Shown piece by piece: positions 43,651 through 58,359 of a stretch of DNA of 64,000 bases. The first letter of the stretch is position 1; each line of letters starts with the position of its first letter. The stretch is from the human T2T-CHM13v2.0 reference genome, Homo sapiens: NCBI RefSeq assembly GCF_009914755.1, contig NC_060925.1. One strand, given 5' to 3'. Below the pieces are notes generated by a model. The model was not told the origin of the DNA. It searched no databases and saw nothing but the letters and a program-made list of their open reading frames with translations. The position numbers and the translations under genes were made by a program.

Positions 43651-45163
43651 AAAGAATCTGGAAATAAAATGAATGCAAAAAATAATTTTTAAAATACTAA
43701 AACATTATATTATTTTGAAAAATTCTTTTAGTCTATCTTCTTGGTTCTCTTGACAAAGAACTTTAAACAATTGGCACTAAGACTAGCCTAGGTATTGGAT
43801 GGATGGATAACAAAGAAAGAGATATATATGAAAATTACTTCCCTGGAGTTACTGTGGAAGGCTCTCCTGGACTTATTGTGGAAGGATCTTCCTCTTGAGA
43901 TAGTCAGTGCAATGCTATTAGCTCTTTCTACACTCTGATTTAACTATATAGATTCCCTCTTTTTTAACCTACGAAAGCCAAACTAATTAAACTTTGGTTA
44001 GAATTGCATACATGTGACTGTAATATGTGCCCCAGTAGTCCAACATTGTGTGCTGAGCTAAAAAACACTACTGTACCACAGCTCCATATACACATTCCCA
44101 CTGCTGTTCATCAAAACAGAAGGAACTTCTTACCAGTTCTTTTCCTAAAATCTATTTCATAAAAACTAGGCACTTAATATCTTTGTAGGCTATTTCCTTT
44201 AAAACAGGGGCAGAAAAGAGAGGACCTAAATACCATTAGCTTTACTTTTCTATTCTATTTATGGAGACAAATCCAACAAATCAATACTTTAATCAAGTCT
44301 GGACTTACAGACCAAAACAAAAGTGACTTTGGATTCATAAGGTTCATAAATCAGCATGGACTCTCTGGCCATTGACCAGTATGGATCTGGTTTCTTCTTC
44401 CTTCCTTCCTTCCTTCCTTTTTCCCCCTTTATTATGCTAGGAAAATATTTTTCTTTCAAATAGAGAAAATTTAATTTGCAAGATGAAATTTTGAAATTAT
44501 AACTCTCAAGGTTACTTAATCATTAAATCATCAACGCAAATGTCTTGAGTGTTCTCAATAAAGTCTACACATTCTATTATTGTTTAACCTATTTTTTTGA
44601 GTAGGATGTTCTCTAAAAACTCTGAGTATTTATTGTAGGTGTGAGTTCAAGATAATTTGAAGGATCAGAATCCCAAGAAATGAAAGAAAATTAGGTAATG
44701 ATAATTAAACTATTTGATACCAATCATAACATATTTTTTCCCAGTATATCGTGTGCTTCTCACTTTTCTTCAATTGTGCACCTAATATATAGTATTTCTA
44801 AGGTATTTTTAGCTCACCCCATGTGCTTTTACTGTAGACATTAATTTCTCTGGCTCCTATGTTTCCGTCTAGGTATAAAATCCTGTGTCTCTATCACATA
44901 TTTCACAGTTTTTTTTTCTGTACATTGTAATCTGCCTGCTTCTTCTACTCCTATAATTATCAGTCTGCTGGATTTACTTACTGAAATTTTATCTTTTCTT
45001 TTATTCTACTGATCATTATATTTCAACTTGCCTCATTTGCTTTTTATTTTCAATTCTTTTTGGTTTCCCACGTTTTTCATCCTCTCTTTTGGTTCTTTTT
45101 CTGTTGTCTGTCACTCATACTAGCGCCTACTTTGCTTTTAATTTCTTTATTGTATTAACCATG

Positions 45164-45528
45164 TGTATTAGTCAGCTGTTGCCAAAATAAGGGCTGTGTA
45201 ACCAACCACCTCAAAACACAGTAGCTTACAACAATCAATATTTATTTTTCTCTCTAATGGTCTGCATGTTTGTTGGACTAGTTCAACTTCTGCTTTTGAG
45301 TTGATTTCAAATCAGTTCCAATTGTTTTTATATTGCTCATGGACAAGTAAGATATACAGAACATAACCTTCTCTTGATGATTCTAATGAACCAAAGAGAA
45401 CAGGTCAAAATCTCTGATCACAACATAGCCATGAACATTGAGTTGGCCAAAGCAGTAGGGTAGGGATCTATATAGTTCATCCCCCAAAAGAGGTGGAGTA
45501 TGACTAACAAATAATCCAACCCATCACA
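45164..45528 (-). mobile_element. MLT1I-like LTR
   Basis: TGTATTAGTCAGCT..GCTGTGTAACCAACCACCTCAAAA start and ATAATCCAACCCATCACA end. Confidence 0.7.
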
Positions 45529-48084
45529 CTCTCCTTTCTCTTTATTATTTTGATCATTACAGTTTATTAGGTTGATGCAAACATGATATTTAGTTAATTC
45601 TTAAGCATTGGTGCTCATATCAAGTGATATTGCTTCAGTTTTTAGTCCCATCCAGCTTCCTCCAGTCCCACTCAGTTACACCTTGTTCAAAAGTTCCTTA
45701 TTCTGACTCATTGTCTCTAAATACTGTAAGTAGCTTGAGCAAAAGGAAAATTAATTGGCTCATATAATCCACAGAATAGTTTGCAATCAAACCATGTGAA
45801 GGAAAGAAGAATACAGCTGAATCTTAGGAAAAACGGGATTCAGCAACTCAGATGCTGCCAGCACTTTGTTTCTCATCTTTACTTCTTTTTGTGAGTTTTA
45901 TTCTCTCTCACAGCTTACTTGCTTACTCAACCAGGCTGAACATCAGGGAACTATCAAATTTTCAACCCCAGAGAAGATCTGCATATATTTTTCTTCCTTC
46001 CAGTTTAAACAAATCAGGCAGGCCTGCTTGGGACTGGTGGCTACTGGAGCCTAGCAGGGCATAAGGAAGAGAAAATTTCAATGTGGATGAAGAAGGACTT
46101 TTGCAGGAGAAAAAAAAAATGAGGGGTCTGTCAACATCTTTCACATCTCTTATAGTATTTTTTTCTCTGTTTTATCTCATCTGTAAGCATAACTCTAGCT
46201 CTGGTTCTATCACATCTGCTCTTGGCCTGGTAATGAATATTGCTCACCTATATTGGATGCTGCTGTAGATAACATAATTGGGTTAACAGGAATTCATCAC
46301 CAGTATACAGTTTCTATATACAAATTAACATCTATATGACATAAAACCAACCATTATTTACTCACTTTCTTTTAAGGTAATACAATAAAATTACTATTCA
46401 ATTTCTTAAGAGAATGTAAAATTTTATATGAATTCTGAGATGTCTAAATCTCCTTGACAGAAAAACCCCTCCATTCAATGAAAACTGAGTAGTGTTCCTT
46501 CTGTAAAGATAGGCATCACACTTCAGGGAGAAAAAAAAAAAAAATCATACCATAAACTCGAGAACAGCATGACCCTCAAATTCTGAGTCTATCTTATTTG
46601 TTCTATTACACATGTGAGAATTATACATTAATCTGACTGCTATTACCAGTGATAATCTCAGTAATAGGTGCCTGAAAATGGGGGAATGGCAAGTGCTTCG
46701 AATGAGCTGCAGAAAGCCTTTTAAGTGATAAAGTATGCTTAAAATACACCAAGGGAAAAATATAATCCTCAAAAAACAGAGGAGCTCCTTATAAGCAGTA
46801 AAATAAAATCCACTGTGGCCATTTTTGCTTTATGTGATAACCTGAATGTTATGAATAAATGTGATGTTGAGTTGAAATAATTTACCATCTGGTGGCTGAC
46901 CGCACTGTCTTTTCCTTTTGTTGGCAGCACAGCCAATGACTATTTTGAAACCCAAATGAAGAATTTTTCAGATAGGCTGCAAATGAGAGTCCTACTTACC
47001 AAACCTGAGAGAACTATGCTAAATGTACCCTCAGTTCTACATCACTCCCTAACAAACTCAGAAATCTAAATAAAAATGAAAATCATACATCATTAGACCT
47101 CCATCTGTGTGTGTGTTTCTACTCAGAATTATATTTACTAGCTTGCATATTTGATTATATGGGGAAAATGTTAATGATCACCCTGTAACAATGCTTTAAT
47201 GAATTCCCAAATCATAAAATAATAATTTCAAAAGCACAAACTAATTTCCAAGGTGAAATTTGTCATTAGTTGGTGCTCAGATGCTGTTATATAAATTATT
47301 TTGACAATTCAATTAAACACTTTTTTAGTAAGTGCCATTATTTACACAGTGCTACATGGAAGATGACTTAAAAGCAATTCCATCTAAACCCAGAAAAGTT
47401 TGTATTTTTCATCTGAAGATTAGATATGTAGCCAAGTATTTATATCAAAAGGCAGAGAATATGTTATTAAAATACAACTTTGTGCAAAGACCTTGAAGAT
47501 TATGACAAAATTAGAATCAGAGCTAATTTTGAACCTCTGGGAAGGCTTCTTAAAGCAAGCTTTATTTAAAATGGAGATTAAAGAATTGCTAGTAGATTGA
47601 TGAGTAGGTATGAGGACAAAATAATTACTATAGAAGAAATTTATCTCATATATTCTCTACTTAATCAGTGTTAGTTAATTCTAAATCCAGGTTCCCGGAA
47701 ATGTAAGTGAAGAAATGGAGTTAGTAATAACCATGTTTATTGTTTGACAATAAATGATATTTGTACTATTGATTACTCCTCAAACAAAAATCATGTTGAG
47801 GACTAGTTAATAGTGCACATTTATTGAATTATAGGTTTCATGTAAGGTAAGTGCTAGATATTGAGTTGGTGTCATCTAAGAGGCAATGATGTGGAGGGCT
47901 TCAACTGTCATTCTAATAATTTTGTATCATATTAAATAGACAATGAGGTGCTTTGAAGTTTTCTGGGAAAGAACAAAGTAATCAGTGTTGCTTTAAGTGG
48001 ATTCATGTGTCCATAGGTTACAGAATGGATTTTAAAGGAGAAACTTAGAGTCAGAAAGATCAATTAAGAGACTTTGCAATAATC

Positions 48085-48400
48085 TTTTTGACAGGTTATT
48101 CACAAATATGCTTCCTCTCTTTTTTCTGACAATATAGTAAAATTCCATATTTCTGCCCATTTGAAGCCAGGGTAGCATGTGACTTGTTTTAGGGGGAGGG
48201 GGGAAACATTTGGGCAGAATATTTAGAATCAGGCCACTGCCATTTCATGAAGTGGCTGCCCCATCAACATCGATTCATCAGCACCCTCCTTTGATTTACA
48301 CTTGATTTGTAGCATGAGTAAGGAATAAATCTTCTACATAATTAAACCATTGAGACTTGGGTGTTTGATTTCATTGCTTTATAATCTGGCCTATACTGGC
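48085..48400 (+). mobile_element. MLT1J-like LTR
   Basis: CATGTGACTTG and GTAGCATGAG..AATAAA..TTAAACCATTGAGA motifs. Confidence 0.55.
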
Positions 48401-48425
48401 AGACCAAAAAAAAAAAAAAAAAAGG

Positions 48426-48812
48426 TGATATGTTTTAGAACTATATTCCCACCAAGTCCCATATTGAAATGTAATCCCCAGAGTTCAAGTGGGGCCTGGT
48501 TCAAGGTCAGAACCAGGATCTGGATCAAGAAGGTATATCCCTTATGAATGGCTTAATGCCATCCCCTGGTGGTGAGTAACTTCACATTTGATCTTGTTTA
48601 AAAGTGTGTGGCACCTCCTCCCACTCTCTCGCACCTGCTTTCACCATGTGAGATGCCTGCTTCCCCTTCATCTTCCATCATGATTGGAAGCTTCCTGAGG
48701 CATCATGCTTTCTGTAAAGTGTGCAGAACTGTGAGCAAATTAAACCTCTTTTCTTTATAAATTTTGCAATCTCAGGTATTTCTTTATAGCAGTGTAAGCA
48801 TGGCCTAATGCA
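48426..48812 (+). mobile_element. MSTA/B solo LTR
   Basis: TGATATG start, TTGAAATGTAATCCCCA, CTCAGGTATTTCTTTATAGCA, TSD aaagg/aacgg. Confidence 0.85.
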
Positions 48813-49194
48813 AACGGTTAAGTAGGAGTTGGACTAGCATTGAGTTAGGCAAAAAGAAATGTAAAGATAGATAATGAGACTGTTATTATATGAATATGAT
48901 ATTGCCTAGGTTGATATGATTCTATTCTTTGGGATTCTAGCTATCCTTTAATTTTGCAACACTTGGCTCTAAGGCCCTGCTAGGTTTCCATGAGATATCT
49001 AGTATCATTTTATTACTTTCTTTATGATAATACCATATCATACTTAGAAACATAAGTCATGCAACATTTAGAAAAGACAAAAGCAAATGGGACATTAAGG
49101 TCATCAAAGAACACTTTGAAAAAACTGAGAAGCATGATTTCTAATAATAATATTCTTCCTAAAATTTATCTGACTCCTTATTGTTTTTAATAGG

Positions 49195-49381
49195 TGGAGT
49201 TAAGGTACCAGCTTCATCAGAATCACCTGGAGTCTTAATACAGATATAAATTCCTGAGTCCCACCCAATACACATAAAAGTATTATGATCTCTGGTTGTA
49301 AATGGAGCCCAGAAATCTTCACTCTCCATGAAAATTTCAGAGAAATGCAATGCCACCTTAAATTTTAAGAACTACCACTCA
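49195..49381. mobile_element. MER5-like hAT MITE
   Basis: CATCAGAATCACCTGGAG motif. Confidence 0.6.
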
Positions 49382-51218
49382 TGTTAACATACTCTCTTTT
49401 CTTTAATTCTTAAAGCATCATTTTTTACTTTCCTCATTTTTTACAACCCTTAACATGATATTCTTAATTTCCAGTAATTTATGTATTATATATTTTGGTA
49501 GAGTTTATGTGCCCAAGAATCATTAACTGTCTACATCTTTTATTCTTTACAATGTGAGGCATAGTTATCTAATAGTAAAAATTAAAAAAAAAGCAATGAT
49601 TATATGGTTCATTGATCTTAGTCACAAAAAAAAAAGAAGCAGAGATTTGGTAAATGACATTGAATATTTTATGGAAACCTGATAGGGCCTTAGAGGCAGA
49701 AAACTAGCAACAATACCCAATCACAACTGAGAAGTTCTTCTAGGGAAATGTTACCATTCTTGTCACTGCAATAGCATTTGGCAATTTATAGCAGGGATTC
49801 TGGAACTTCCACACTTGCAAGATTGGTACCTTTAACACAGTGCTTATCAGCTTTTGATTAGAATATTACTGCTAAACAATATCACTGAACTGAGATCTAG
49901 TTTATCAATGTCCTCTATTCAATACAAATCCTTTAAATTCTCTGGACTTTAATGTTTTTCTTTGTAAAATAAAGGTCTTAAGCCATAACATCTGTAAGAT
50001 CTTTATTTTCTCCACAAATTCTTTAATTCCTGCCTTTCCAGTGGAAAAGTTTCAATGACAAAAAGATTCTTGTTTCCATATGCATTTGAAATCCCTAGGC
50101 ATTAATTAATGTTCTCTCCACTTCAGCCTATGAATCATATTATTTTAAGTGTAGTACATGTGAATATACAGGACATAAAATAGGCGGTATTAAGGGGAGA
50201 AAAAAACAAGTCACTGAGGATTCTTTATTTAGAGACTGAATTTTTGTTATTTAAATTGATCCCAAACTCTCTGAAATATCACACGTCTGGAGTGTGAGTG
50301 ATATTTTTAAAATAATATTGTCTTTCACCCTTTGTGATATTCCTTACGTTCAAATTTCTGTCTCTTCTTTTCTTGCCTTTCAGGACCAACTGAAAGCCTT
50401 TTTTCTAGGGCATAACACATCTATAAGCGTGTTATGTAGCACATGATTTGTAACCACAGTGCTCAAGAGCCTTTCCTGTTGCTTATTGGTTATAGGTTTA
50501 CCTTTTGACCTTATGTAATCTTTCATGTAATGCCAAATCAGCCAAGGGGAGAAGGTTAGTGACCTCATCAACAATATAAAGTGGCCAAGCCAGTTCCCTG
50601 TAACCTCAAATTAGTAAGATAAAAAGGGGGCAAGTGCATAAAATGGCAGTATGAGTAACTATTTTTTTAAAAAATAAAAACCATGGGCATGAATAAAAAT
50701 ATTTTATAGCATTATGGTTTATGCATTATTGCAATATTTATTTTTGCTGTAGCATTATTTGCTAAAACAATTCTGAGCTTTATATTCATGAAAATGGGAG
50801 AAAGCACAAACTAGACAAACTTTTTTGTGATAAGATATATTAAATGGAAATCATTAAATAATTCATAATTTAATATTGGTGGAATAAAATATCAAAGAAG
50901 AAGATGACAGTTTTTAATGAAATAATGATACTTAATGAGATTTCTAGCTACTCATCACTTTCTAGAGAAAGTACATTTTTTGAGCTATTACTACCACAAT
51001 TTTCTAGCAGCTGATTCTTCATTATTTATGGCTATTTTCTCCCAGCTAACCTGAATAAGTGACTATTCCTGCTCAGATCAGTATCAAGTGAACTTTCATC
51101 TGACATCTTGATGTCTGAAAAACCACTATCCTTCTCTATTTCATATAATACACCAACTTGCCTTTACATTGCATCCACCCATCTCCTATCATTTATCTCA
51201 ATTTTTTTTCTGCTACCA

Positions 51219-53585
51219 CAGGCATACCCTGGAGATGTTGTAGGTTCAGTACCAGAGTACCACATTAAAGCAAATATCACAATAAAACAAGTCACACATT
51301 TTTTTTTTGGTCTCCCAATACATATAAAACTTGTGTTTACACTATACTCTAGTCTATTTAATGTGAAATAACATTGTATCTAACAAAACAATGTACATTT
51401 GTTAATTAAAAAATAGTTTATTGCAAAAAATACAAATAATCATACAAGCTTCAGAGAGTCATAATCGTTTTGCTCGTAAAGGGTCTTGCCTTGATGATGT
51501 GGCTGCTGACTGATTAGAGTGGTGGTTACTGAAGGCTGAAGTGGCTGTGGAAATGTCTCAAAGTAAGACGACAATGAAATTTGCTTCATCAGTTTACTGT
51601 TTTTTTTCATGAAAGAGTTCTTCCAGCACAATGTTGTTTGATAGCATTTTACCCATAGTAGAAATTCTTTCAAAATTAGAGTCAATCCTTTCTAAATTTG
51701 CTTCTGCTTTATTAACTAACTTTATGGAATATTCAAAATCCTTTGTTGTCATTTCAAAAATGTTCATAGCACCTTTACCAGGGGTGAATTTTATCTCAAA
51801 TAACTTTCTTTGCTCATGCGTAAGAAGCAACTCCTCATTCAAGTTTTATCATGAGATTGCGGCAGTTCAGCCACAGCTTCAGGCTTCACTTCTGATTCTG
51901 GCTTTCTTGCTATTTCTAACAAATCTCCATTTACTTTCTCCACTGAAATCTTGAATTCCTCAAAGTCATCTCTGAAAGTTGGAATCAGCCTCTTCCAAAC
52001 CCTTGTTAATATTGACATTTCTACCTTCTCCAATGAAACACAAATGTTCTTAATGACATCTAACATGATAAATGCTTTCCAGAAGGTTTTCAATTTATTT
52101 TGCCCAGATCCATCAGAGGAATCACTATCCATTGAAGCCTTAGCCTTACAAAATGTATTTCTTGAATAATAAGACTTGAAAGTCAAAACGACTCCTTGAT
52201 CAGTGAGCTTCAGAATGGATGTTGTGTTAGCAGGCATGAAAACAACATTAATCTCCCTGTACATCTCCATCAGGGTCCTTGGGGTGACTTAGATGCATTG
52301 CCAATGAGTAGTAACATATTGAAATAATTTTTTTCTGAGCAGTTGGTCTCAACTGTCGGCTTAAATTATTCTATAAGCCATGCTGTAAACAGATGTGCTG
52401 CCATCTAGACTTTTGTTTCGTTTATAGATCACAAACAGAGTAGATGTAGCATATTTTGTATGCGCCCTAGGATTTTCAGAATGGTAAGAACAATGGCTTC
52501 AACTGAAAGTCATCAGCTGCATTAGTCCCTAACAAAAGTCAGCTTGTCTTTTGATGCTTTGAAGCCAGTCATTGACTTTTCCTCTCTAGTTATGAAAATC
52601 CTAGATGGTATCTTCTTCCAGTGGAAAACTGTTTCATCTACATTGCAAATCTTTTTGTGTGTGTGTTTTGCCACCTTCCTCAATGATCTTAGCTGTATCT
52701 TCTAGATAACTTATGGCAGTTTCTAATCAATACTTCCTGCTTCACTTTATACTTTTATGTTTTGAAGATGGCTTTTTTTCATTAAATTTCATGAACCAAC
52801 CTCTGCTAGCTTTCAACTTTTCTCTGCAGCTTCCTCACTTCTCTTCACCTTCATAGAAAAGAAAAGATTTTGGATCTTGATCTGGATTATGCTTTGGTTT
52901 AAGGGCATGTTGTAGCTGGTTTCATTGTCTATCCAGACCACTAAAACTTTCTGCATACTAAAAATAGGGCTGTTTAGCTTTCTTATCACTCATGTGTTCA
53001 CTGGAGTAGCATTTTTAATTCCCTTCAAGAAATTTTTCTTTACATCCACAACTCTGCTGTTTGGTACAAGGGGCCTAGCTTTTACTCTGTCTTGGTTTTT
53101 GACATGACTTCCTCACTAAGTTTAATCATTTTTTAGCTTTTGATTTAAAATGAGAGACATACTACTCTTCCTTTCACTTAAATACTTAGAGGCCATTGTG
53201 GGTCTAATTTCAATATTGTTGTGTCTCAGGGAATAGAGAGGCATGAGGAGAGAGATGGGGAAACAGTCAGTGGAGGAGTCAGAACACACATTATTGATTA
53301 AGTGCGTGGACTTATATGGGCATAGTTCATGGTACCCCTAACACAATTATAAATACTAACTTAAAGATCATTAGCTACAAGTCACTATAGCAGATCTAAT
53401 AAAGCTTGAAAAAACTCAGGAATTTATGAAAATTTGACACAGAGGCATGAAGTGTGCATATGCCATTGGAAAAAGCATGCCAACAGACTTGCTTGATGCA
53501 GCGTTGCCGCAAACCTGCAATTTGTAAAAAGCACAATATCTGGGAAGCACAATAAAATGAAGCACAATATAGCAAGATATGCTTG
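51219..53585 (-). mobile_element. Full-length Tigger1 DNA transposon (decayed)
   Basis: TIRs CAGGCATACC / GATATGCTTG, ~2.37 kb, TA on the right (CA on the left); transposase remnant [19 protein letters not shown] at 51839-52270. Confidence 0.93.
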
Positions 53586-54092
53586 TATGTCATGTAAAGA
53601 TGTTTCCGTTTATTTCATTTTCCTATTTCACTTCTTCCTCAAAATGTAAATTCTCGAGAAGTTTCAAGTATATTCTTTGTTATATTTTAACAATTTTTCC
53701 TTACACAAAGCATTATGCAATTGTGTGACTGAGTAGACACGTATCAAAATCCCCTTCCCTCAGTCTTTTATTGATATTTGAAATTTTACTTTCAGTAAAC
53801 TTGTATTTATATTTTAAACATTGACTTCTCTGGCTAGCCCTCTGGTAAAATTGTTTCTTGTACTGGAAAGAATAATATATTAATTCACAAGTACCTTATT
53901 CTAAATAGGTTTCATCAGCTTCCTTATCATGGTTTAAAGGCCTGCATTCTAAAGTAGGATACTATAATATAAGGTGCATTAAAGCCCCCACAAAGTGACA
54001 GAGTGGCTGGTTAGGTCTTTCTGTATGAGAGGTGTTTAGGGAGTTCGTTGGAAGAAAACATGACAAGATTTATCTTGTAAATGCATTTATTT

Positions 54093-54401
54093 ATTTATTT
54101 TTATTTCATTATTATTTTTTGAGACAGAGTCTCACTCTGTTGCCCAGGCTGGAGTGCAGTGGCAGCACCTCAGCTCACTGCATCCTCTGCCTTCTGGGTT
54201 CAAGTGATTCTCGTGCCTCAGCCTCCCAAATGGCTGAGGCTACAGGTGCATGCCACCACACCTGGCTAATTTTGTATTTTCAGTAGAGACAGGTTTTTGC
54301 CATGTTGCCCAGGCTGGTCTTGAACTCCTGGCCTCATGTGACCCTCTTGCTTTGGCATCCCAAAGTGCTGGGATAACAGGCATGAGCCACTGTGCCTGAC
54401 T
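54093..54401 (-). mobile_element. AluS (Sz/Sx-like)
   Basis: Full reverse dimer; TSD GCATTTATTT. Confidence 0.93.
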
Positions 54402-55564
54402 GCATTTATTTTTAATAGGATTGTTTGTTTATATAGAGTGGTTTGAAAAGAGACTTAGTGGAGACTCGAAGGCACTACATTTTTGTCCAAACAATATCCT
54501 TGGTGTGGCTGCTATAAATGCGTGTGCTGAAGGGTTAGATATTTGTTCTGGTCCCTTCAGTTTACTCCTGTATCCAGTAAATATATATTCAGTGTCTCTT
54601 ATCTGTCAAGCATTATTTTAGGTATTGATGATACAGAAAAAAAAATTACTTATTTTATGTAATCTATGGAAGCGAATTCCAGCTCTTGTGTCTTGGGTAT
54701 CACATCCCCTTCAGAGCCATGTGGGGCTTTTCTTACAATATTTTTGAAAAATAAAGTTGGCATCTCAGTCTCCTTTTCCATGAGAAGTTTATTAGATAAC
54801 AGGACAATATTGAAACAATATTTTTGCCTAGTAACAATCAAGCGCAGCAGCTACTTCATCACAATGAGCTGCTCTTCTCCTCGGAAGCTTTGCCCTTGGG
54901 ACAGAGCAGGAAATAAGCCCATCTTTTCTGGGGCTTTGGATGTCTGCTTCTAGGGATGGGGCTCACAGGTAAATGGAGACGAGTGGATCTAAAACACAAA
55001 CAGGATCACTAAGAAAATGTTGCAAGCAAATACAGCTATCCAAAATATAAATATAAATATGGCTGTTTCGTGCATCATTTTTACTTAAAGAAGTTTCATG
55101 CAATCCTTTTAACACATCTCGATTTCATCTTTATACCATTGGCATTCCAGACTTCTCCACCTAAAGGTGTACAAAGAACGAATCACTGCTTTGGGGTAAT
55201 TGGTCAGAGTTATGTAAGGTTTTCCTAAGAAGCACATGAATTTGTTTTGAAGACAGTACTGATTTAGAAAAAAAAACAAAAAAAATCAAACAAACAAAAA
55301 TACCCCAAGCAAAACCACAAATTCTCCTAAAAGACAATTCGTATATTTTTTAGTTCAAATATTTAAGATATTTACCAAGATGCTAACCTCTTGGTAATGA
55401 TCAATAGAGAAATCTCCTTTCACTTATCCTCTGATTTTACTTTAGACAAAATGTCTTGTATATTTTTAGAAAACCTTAAAAACTTAAAAATGTAACATTC
55501 ATGTTAAAGTTTTCTTTAATGTGTAGTATCTTAAGAGTAAATATTAGAAAAAAAATGAACACCT

Positions 55565-56135
55565 ATTTCATTACTTTCCTATTACTGTGTACAATATTAC
55601 CAACAACTTAGTGGTTTGGAAAATACATGTAATTTCATGGTTTCTGTGGGTCGGGGTGGGGGCATAGCTTAGCTGCGTCCTCTGCACCAGTCAGTACCTT
55701 ATTTCAGGTCTCAAAAGGCTGCAAACAAGGTGTTAGCCTGGGCTGTTGTCTTATCTCAAATCTCAATTGAGCAAGGCTCCACTTCCAAGCACATGTGATA
55801 GTTGGTAAACTTCTTTCTTTGTTGTTTAAATTCCTGAGAATCTCTTTTTCTCGCTGGCTGTTGAAGGGAAGCCTCCTTCATTCTCTTCTCATGTTGGTGT
55901 CTCCCTAAGACAGGTCAAAACATAGTAGCTGCCTTCAACAAATCCTGCAAAAAAGAAAGAGGTTGCCTGCAAGACACTTTATAATCTTATGTATGTAATC
56001 ACTGAAGTATTTATTATATTAGTTAGAAGCAAGGTAACCATTATGAGTTCTTTGCACACTCCAGTGGAGAGGATTACACAAGTTGTGACCATCAGATAAA
56101 AGTAAAATTTGGGTTCACGTTAGAGCCTTTCATGG
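55565..56135 (-). mobile_element. MLT1E/F-like LTR
   Basis: AACTTAGTGG, GGCTGCAAACAAGGTGT, CCACTTCCAAGC reverse MLT1 motifs. Confidence 0.7.
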
Positions 56136-57650
56136 TAGTCCACATTCTGACCTCTAGCTGTTCACATCCTTTCCATGCACAAAATACATCCACCTCCTCC
56201 CAACATCCTCAAAAGTCTTATCTCATCTGCTCACGGTCCAGAATCTCATTGTCTAAATCTCTTCCAAGTGTGGATGAGTCTCCTTGGGTAGTTTCTCTTG
56301 ATATATAAATCTGTGAAGCTAAAGAGACAGGTTATTTTCTCTCTACTCCCCAGATACCATAGTAGAACAAGCATAGGAAGACAACCACAGCTATTCCTGT
56401 TCAGAAATGGGAAACATGAGAGCAATTCTGAAATACAGCTGGGCAAAAGCTGGATATTACTTAATTATGTTTCTGAACCGAACAAGAGATTATGATTTTG
56501 GGGCAGCAAACCACCTGGTATTCTGATTCCACATTCTTACCTTTTTCTGGCTCTAGATGTTCAGCAGCACATTTGTAAACTATACTCTCTGGCCCTGTGC
56601 TTTACTAACCATCTCTGCAATTTCTTACAGCTTAATACTGTTTGGCTGCCACTCCAACATTGCTTGTTAGAGTAATTGTGTTCTCTGACTTCCAGAAGTA
56701 ATGTATCAAAGCTTGACCTCTATGATTTTAGGGCTCCATACCTCTTCTGTTATTAATATGACCAGATCTGTGACCATGTCTACAACCATCAACCCCAGCC
56801 CGCTGAAGAGTGAGCGACTATTGGACTTATGATGCTGGTATGCCTCTCATAGCCAATTACTGATGGTATTGGTGGATGGTGTGTCCTCTGGGACCACCTT
56901 GGGAACATAATCATCGGTTAGATTTGCTTAACTTTCATAATATATCCATTGTAGATTTTACAATTTTAGGTGTTCTCCACCAGGGCACTCATGAGAGCAT
57001 AAGAGACTCCCTAGGCTGAAGCCTGGAGATCTGCAACTATAACTGTCAGATATTGGATCTGGAGCTGAGCTGCAACAGCTCTCTTTCTGCAGGAGACAAC
57101 TGCTGCCTTGTGAGCTGTCACCAAAAGGCCCTCTGTTTCTCACATTTCTCTGTTTTCACACTGTCCCTCACATCTTAGTTTCTTATTATTCCTCTATGGG
57201 CTATCAGTGGTACTTAACTAAACTAGGCAATTCCCTTGCCTTCGTAGGTATTGTTCCTATCCAAGTGTTTTGAATGCCTGAATCATAGCAAACTGCACAG
57301 GTGTTTATCTTCACTGAATGTCTTCAGAGGTCATCATTTTAGTGAAACATTTACAATTAAGACCCCATCTTATGTTAGCTGTTAGACCTCTGAGAATGGG
57401 CTCTTGTTCCTAGGACTACAGCAAGCTTCAAGATTTGCTTACCTCCTAGGAATCTAGCTTTCAAAAATGCTACGACATTTTATCTAGCTCAGTCATTCAA
57501 GATTTCTTTAATGGGTGGGTTTCTCTGATCCTCTTGTCTACCATATATTTGGGAACCAAGTCTCATGAGCATTGTATTGTTTATGAGAATATGAGAATTT
57601 ATTTCCTCCTAAACCTCACTTTCTTTGTTTTTCTCAATCTTGGTATGTGA
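56136..57650 (-). mobile_element. MaLR/ERVL internal sequence with gag-like remnant
   Basis: MLT1-internal motifs (CAAAATACATCCACC, CCTGTTCAGAAATGGGA) adjoining the LTR; frameshifted LQWIYY..DYVP..PEDTPST..RGIPAS at ~56830-56955; right boundary uncertain. Confidence 0.55.
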
Positions 57651-57696
57651 GAGAAAGACAAATTGGATGCCTTGTTAGGTTAATAATGCATTTATA

Positions 57697-58124
<428 letters not shown>

Positions 58125-58141
58125 CTATTTTTAAGAAGATC

Positions 58142-58144
<3 letters not shown>

Positions 58145-58177
<33 letters not shown>
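58145..58177. repeat. (CA)n microsatellite
   Basis: Directly visible. Confidence 0.95.
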
Positions 58178-58181
<4 letters not shown>

Positions 58182-58359
58182 TATACATAACTGGCAATAT
58201 TTTGACTTACCTGTAAATATAATAACATTGTCTCCTTTTTGATAACCTTTAAAAATACACAAAGACATATTTTTCTGGTTACTAGTATAGCAATTCATAT
58301 TTTATGGTATAAATACTTATGTATATAGTTTAAGGAGTTTATATAGAATGAAATTAATT

